DNA from: an uncultured Methanomicrobiales archaeon | Lineage (GTDB): Archaea; Halobacteriota; Methanomicrobia; Methanomicrobiales; Methanospirillaceae | Direction of reading: 5' to 3' | Length of the DNA: 55,540 bases | NCBI GenBank assembly: GCA_903819595.1 | Contig: CAIJED010000340.1 | Location: 1 to 55,540 of the forward strand | Shown here: in pieces, positions 51,733 to 55,540 of the stretch | Layout of the letters: every line of letters begins with the position of its first letter | Numbering within the stretch: position 1 is the first letter of the stretch | Made by a program: the position numbers and the translations under genes | Notes under the pieces: model-generated | Told to the model about the DNA's origin: nothing | Databases searched by the model: none | Seen by the model: the letters and a program-made list of their open reading frames with translations, nothing else

Positions 51733-54516
51733 ATGCCACAGGAGACCGGAGCTGGGAAAGAAGGTCCCGGGAAACGCTTAACTCCCGTAATGGAGCAGTA
51801 TCATGCGCTCAAGAAAGAATGCGGCGATTCGATACTCTTCTTCCAGATTGGTGATTTTTACGAGACCTTCTGGACCGATGCAGAGGTAGTCTCCCGGGAG
51901 CTTGATATCGTTCTGACTTCCCGGTCAAAAGGAGCTGACGGGGAAAAAATCCCGCTGGCCGGTGTCCCGTGCCATGCGTTCGATTCGTACACTGCACGTC
52001 TCGTCAGGAAGGGATACCGGGTGGCAGTCGTCGACCAGGTAGGTGACCCGAAAGAGTCAAAGGGGATCGTAAAACGGCAACTCACTCGTGTGATCACGCC
52101 TGGGACCGTGATTGATCCCTCGATGGTCCCCTCAACTGCGGCTGCATATCTCATGGCGGTTGCCGAAGACAGTACGGCCGGGGTCGTGTCTGCGGCGTTC
52201 CTTGATATTACCACCGGGGAGTTTTTCTACTCGGTCTGCCCGAAGGAGAACCGTTTCCAGTCGCTGGATGCGGAAATAGCGAAATATCATCCCGGTGAAT
52301 GTATCGTTTCACCAGGCCTTGACCCCCAGGCAATTACCCTTCTGTCTGACCGTGCGGTCCCGGTGACACAATGGAAGCAGGAAGGGTTCGCTCTTGAAAG
52401 GGCCAAAGAAGTGTTGATGTCACATTTTCATGTGGCTTCGCTTGATGGGTTTGGCCTCCTCTCCCGGGGGTCTGCCGTCCGGGCACTGGGTGGTGCGTTG
52501 TCGTATGCAAAGGAGACGCAGGGGAAAGAACTGCCACATATCACCAGTATTTCTGACCGCACCGTCACCGGGACCATGGTCCTTGACGCGGTTACGCTCC
52601 GGAACCTCGAGGTACTCAATAATATCCGCGACGGGGGAGAGGACGGTACCTTAAAAAAGACCCTGGACCAGACAAAGACCCCCATGGGGAGCCGGCTCCT
52701 CGTCCGGTGCCTCACCAACCCGCTCATTGACCATGAAGAGATTACCGCACGCCTTGATGCGGTTGCGTATCTCGCATCTCATGCACATCTCCGTGCCGCA
52801 CTTCGTGACCTGCTATCGCGGTGCAGTGATATCTCCCGTATTGCCGGGAGGATATCCTACGGGAATGCAGGTCCCCGTGACCTTTGTACCCTGTCATCGT
52901 CGCTCCGGGCAATACCGGAGATCAGGTCGCTGACCGGAGCAGGCCAGGATGACCTTCCCATGGTGATACAGAATGCCCTTTCAGCGCTGATGGATCACCA
53001 TGCGACCATTGACCTCATTTCGCGTGCCATCGTGGAAGACCCGCCTGCCACGGTCAAGAATGGCATGGTGATCAGGGAAGGCTATGATGCCGAGCTCGAC
53101 CTCCTGCGGGGCGTATCGGGGTCAGGAAAAGACTGGATTGTGCAACTTCAGCAGGAAGAACGGGCCACCACCGGAATTAAGTCTCTTAAAGTGGGTTATA
53201 CTTCCGTATTCGGGTATTACATCGAGGTAACAAGGCCGAACCTTCACCTTGTCCCGGCATCGTACGAGAGGAAACAGACCACATCGACCGGCGAACGGTT
53301 CACCATTCCTTCCCTCCGCGAGAAGGAGGCAAGTATTGCCAATGCGGACGAACGGCTGCTTGCACGTGAAGGTGTCCTCTATACCGCACTTCTGCGGGAA
53401 CTACAGGAGGTAGTGCCGGCAGTCCAGTCCTCTGCGAACGGTATCGGACACCTCGACCTTTTTTCGGCCCTCGCAGAAGCCGCCCGTAAATACCAGTATA
53501 TTCGACCTGCCATCGACCCCGGGAACCGCCACCTGATCCGGGAAGGAAGGCATCCGGTTGTTGAGCAACGAATGACCGGCAGTTTTGTGCCGAATGATGT
53601 GATGATTGACGGGGCCGGTGAGCAGGTGCTGATCATCACCGGGGCGAACATGGCTGGGAAATCCACTTACATGCGCTCCGTTGCCCTGATCACGATAATG
53701 GCGCAGATGGGGAGTTTTATCCCGGCGTCATATGGGGAGATCGGTGTCGTTGACAGGATTTTCACCCGGGTCGGGGCCTTTGATGACCTGGCCTCCGGCC
53801 AGTCGACGTTCATGGTGGAAATGATCGAACTCGCGAATATCTTGAACAACGTGACAAAAAAGAGCCTGGTGATCCTCGACGAGATTGGGAGGGGCACCTC
53901 CACGCTCGACGGGTTCTGTATCGCAAAGGCCGTACTGGAATTTCTCCACGGTAAGGGAAGTTCCGGACCAAGGACACTTTTTGCCACGCATTTTCACGAG
54001 ATTGTCGGGATAGAATCTGATCTTCCCAGGATCAGAAATTACCACTTTGCCGTACGGGATACGGGTAAAGAAGTGGTATTCCTGAGAAAGATCATCCCTG
54101 GCGCGACCGATAAAAGTTATGGGATCCACGTGGCGCAGATCGCAGGGGTGCCGAGAAAGGTCATCGACCGTGCGAACACGATCATGAACGAAGTCGAAAC
54201 CAGGGAGACGAACCCCGGAGGAAAAGTCCGGCGATATACACAGATGCTCCTCGTTGATGCACCGGTTGTCCAAAGAGACCCTGTATTGCAGGAGATAGAG
54301 AAGTTATCAGTCGATAGCATGACCCCTCTTGAAGCACTCACGTGGCTGAGTGAACTCCAGAAGCGGGTACAACAGGGGAGTCCCAAGGGCCTGGACAAGT
54401 CCGGGCATGGGGAGATGATGAATACACCCGGACAGTCACCCGTTCCTATGAAGGAAGGCCACCCGGACGGGGATCTGATTGGGCAGGGGGGCAGGACCGA
54501 TGGCAGAACACCCTAA
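51733..54516 (+). CDS. mutS: DNA mismatch repair protein MutS
   Basis: TPVMEQY, GDFYE, GANMAGKST, STFMVEM, DEIGRGTST, ATHFHE. Start uncertain (51658-51733). Confidence 0.98.
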   Translation: MPQETGAGKEGPGKRLTPVMEQYHALKKECGDSILFFQIGDFYETFWTDAEVVSRELDIVLTSRSKGADGEKIPLAGVPCHAFDSYTARLVRKGYRVAVVDQVGDPKESKGIVKRQLTRVITPGTVIDPSMVPSTAAAYLMAVAEDSTAGVVSAAFLDITTGEFFYSVCPKENRFQSLDAEIAKYHPGECIVSPGLDPQAITLLSDRAVPVTQWKQEGFALERAKEVLMSHFHVASLDGFGLLSRGSAVRALGGALSYAKETQGKELPHITSISDRTVTGTMVLDAVTLRNLEVLNNIRDGGEDGTLKKTLDQTKTPMGSRLLVRCLTNPLIDHEEITARLDAVAYLASHAHLRAALRDLLSRCSDISRIAGRISYGNAGPRDLCTLSSSLRAIPEIRSLTGAGQDDLPMVIQNALSALMDHHATIDLISRAIVEDPPATVKNGMVIREGYDAELDLLRGVSGSGKDWIVQLQQEERATTGIKSLKVGYTSVFGYYIEVTRPNLHLVPASYERKQTTSTGERFTIPSLREKEASIANADERLLAREGVLYTALLRELQEVVPAVQSSANGIGHLDLFSALAEAARKYQYIRPAIDPGNRHLIREGRHPVVEQRMTGSFVPNDVMIDGAGEQVLIITGANMAGKSTYMRSVALITIMAQMGSFIPASYGEIGVVDRIFTRVGAFDDLASGQSTFMVEMIELANILNNVTKKSLVILDEIGRGTSTLDGFCIAKAVLEFLHGKGSSGPRTLFATHFHEIVGIESDLPRIRNYHFAVRDTGKEVVFLRKIIPGATDKSYGIHVAQIAGVPRKVIDRANTIMNEVETRETNPGGKVRRYTQMLLVDAPVVQRDPVLQEIEKLSVDSMTPLEALTWLSELQKRVQQGSPKGLDKSGHGEMMNTPGQSPVPMKEGHPDGDLIGQGGRTDGRTP

Positions 54517-55540
54517 AAACCGGATCCGGCTCCTTGACCAGGCCACAATCAACCAGATTGCCGCTGGTGAGGTCGTAGAGCGGCCCGCCTCGGTCGTCAA
54601 GGAGCTGGTAGAGAACTCCATCGATGCCGGTGCGACTCGGATCATTGTCCAACTGGAGTCTGGTCTGGAGGGGGTCGTTTCTGCCCGGGTCACTGATAAC
54701 GGGTGCGGCATGGGGGCAGAAGATGCCATCACAGCGTTTACCCCGCATGCAACGAGTAAGATGATCAGTATCGGGGACCTGGACCGCTGCCTGACACTTG
54801 GTTTCCGGGGTGAAGCCCTGGCGAGTATTGCGGCTGTGTCCCATGTGACCCTGGTCACCATGGAACGGGACGGCGGGCAGAGCGCAACAGAAGTGGTTAT
54901 CCGGGGCGGCGACCTCGAAAAGGTCACCGAGACCGGGGCTCCTGCCGGGACGAGCATCACGGTCCGTGACCTTTTTTTCAACACCCCTGCGAGAAAAAAG
55001 TTCCAGAAATCAGTCGGTTCCGAGATTGCGGCAATTTCAAGGACAATGGAGGCGTTTGCTATTGCGAACCCCGGGATCTCGTTTTTATTTACCAGTAACG
55101 GGAATGAACGGGTCTCGACTGACGGGAGCGGAGACCTGATGGATACGATTATCGCCATTTTCGGGAGTGGAATGGCGGATGAGCTGATCCCGGTATCCAT
55201 ATCGGAAGGACCTCTCAAACTGAACGGTTACCTGTCGAAGCCATCCCTTTCACGCCAGAATATCTACCAGGTCTTCGTGAGCATCAACAGCCGGCAGGTG
55301 TATGCAAGGGCCGTTGTCGATGCAGTCAGGGCAGGGTATGGCACGCTGCTCCCTGATAACCGCTATCCCGTGGCATTCCTCGATCTTGCAATCGAACCTT
55401 CGTACGTTGATGTCAATGTCCACCCTTCCAAGCGCATTGTGCATATCTCCCGCGAGCGCGATATCTGTGCGATGGTGACCGGGGCCATGTCCCGTGCATT
55501 GAAAGGGGCCGACCTTGTACCGCCGGTGCCCGTGATGTCA
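54500..55540 (+). CDS. mutL: DNA mismatch repair protein MutL (5' part; runs off right edge)
   Basis: Not in ORF track. Manual translation from ATG 54500: MAEHPKNRIRLLDQATINQIAAGEVVERPASVVKELVENSIDAGA...HATSK...LGFRGEALASI...DVNVHPSK. Confidence 0.97.
   Translation, partial: MAEHPKNRIRLLDQATINQIAAGEVVERPASVVKELVENSIDAGATRIIVQLESGLEGVVSARVTDNGCGMGAEDAITAFTPHATSKMISIGDLDRCLTLGFRGEALASIAAVSHVTLVTMERDGGQSATEVVIRGGDLEKVTETGAPAGTSITVRDLFFNTPARKKFQKSVGSEIAAISRTMEAFAIANPGISFLFTSNGNERVSTDGSGDLMDTIIAIFGSGMADELIPVSISEGPLKLNGYLSKPSLSRQNIYQVFVSINSRQVYARAVVDAVRAGYGTLLPDNRYPVAFLDLAIEPSYVDVNVHPSKRIVHISRERDICAMVTGAMSRALKGADLVPPVPVMS

Overview
Archaeal chromosomal segment, most likely from a Methanomicrobiales methanogen (archaeal histone, RadA, FEN1, RPA, DUF1890/DUF1894 pair, 'GARFEI' histidine kinases, MutS/MutL). 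Most of it is housekeeping (alaS, pyrG, guaAB, argD, hisC, fen, radA, rpa, lysA, dapL, korAB, ppiA, mutS, mutL). There are two AT-richer accessory blocks: 1-3900 (signal-transduction genes and relics upstream of alaS) and about 30.94-39.87 kb. The main finding is the second block. It is an array of co-oriented, mostly single-gene cassettes: hybrid histidine kinase, alpha/beta hydrolase, HXXEE protein, and aldo-keto reductase plus a flavodoxin relic. They are separated by a ~150-bp direct repeat made of the last ~19 codons of a histidine kinase gene, a dapL-start-like core and a CGAAC-N6-GTTCG palindrome. Complementary half-copies bound the array. One half-copy supplies the present dapL start codon, and the other looks like the displaced original start. 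This resembles tandem site-specific integration, but no integrase is present in the window. Also notable: an ISAzo13 element cleanly splitting the hybrid kinase, an orphan BrxD/DUF2791 ATPase tightly coupled to a TPR-wHTH protein and a glycosyltransferase, and a CHASE4 sensor lacking its phospho-accepting His.
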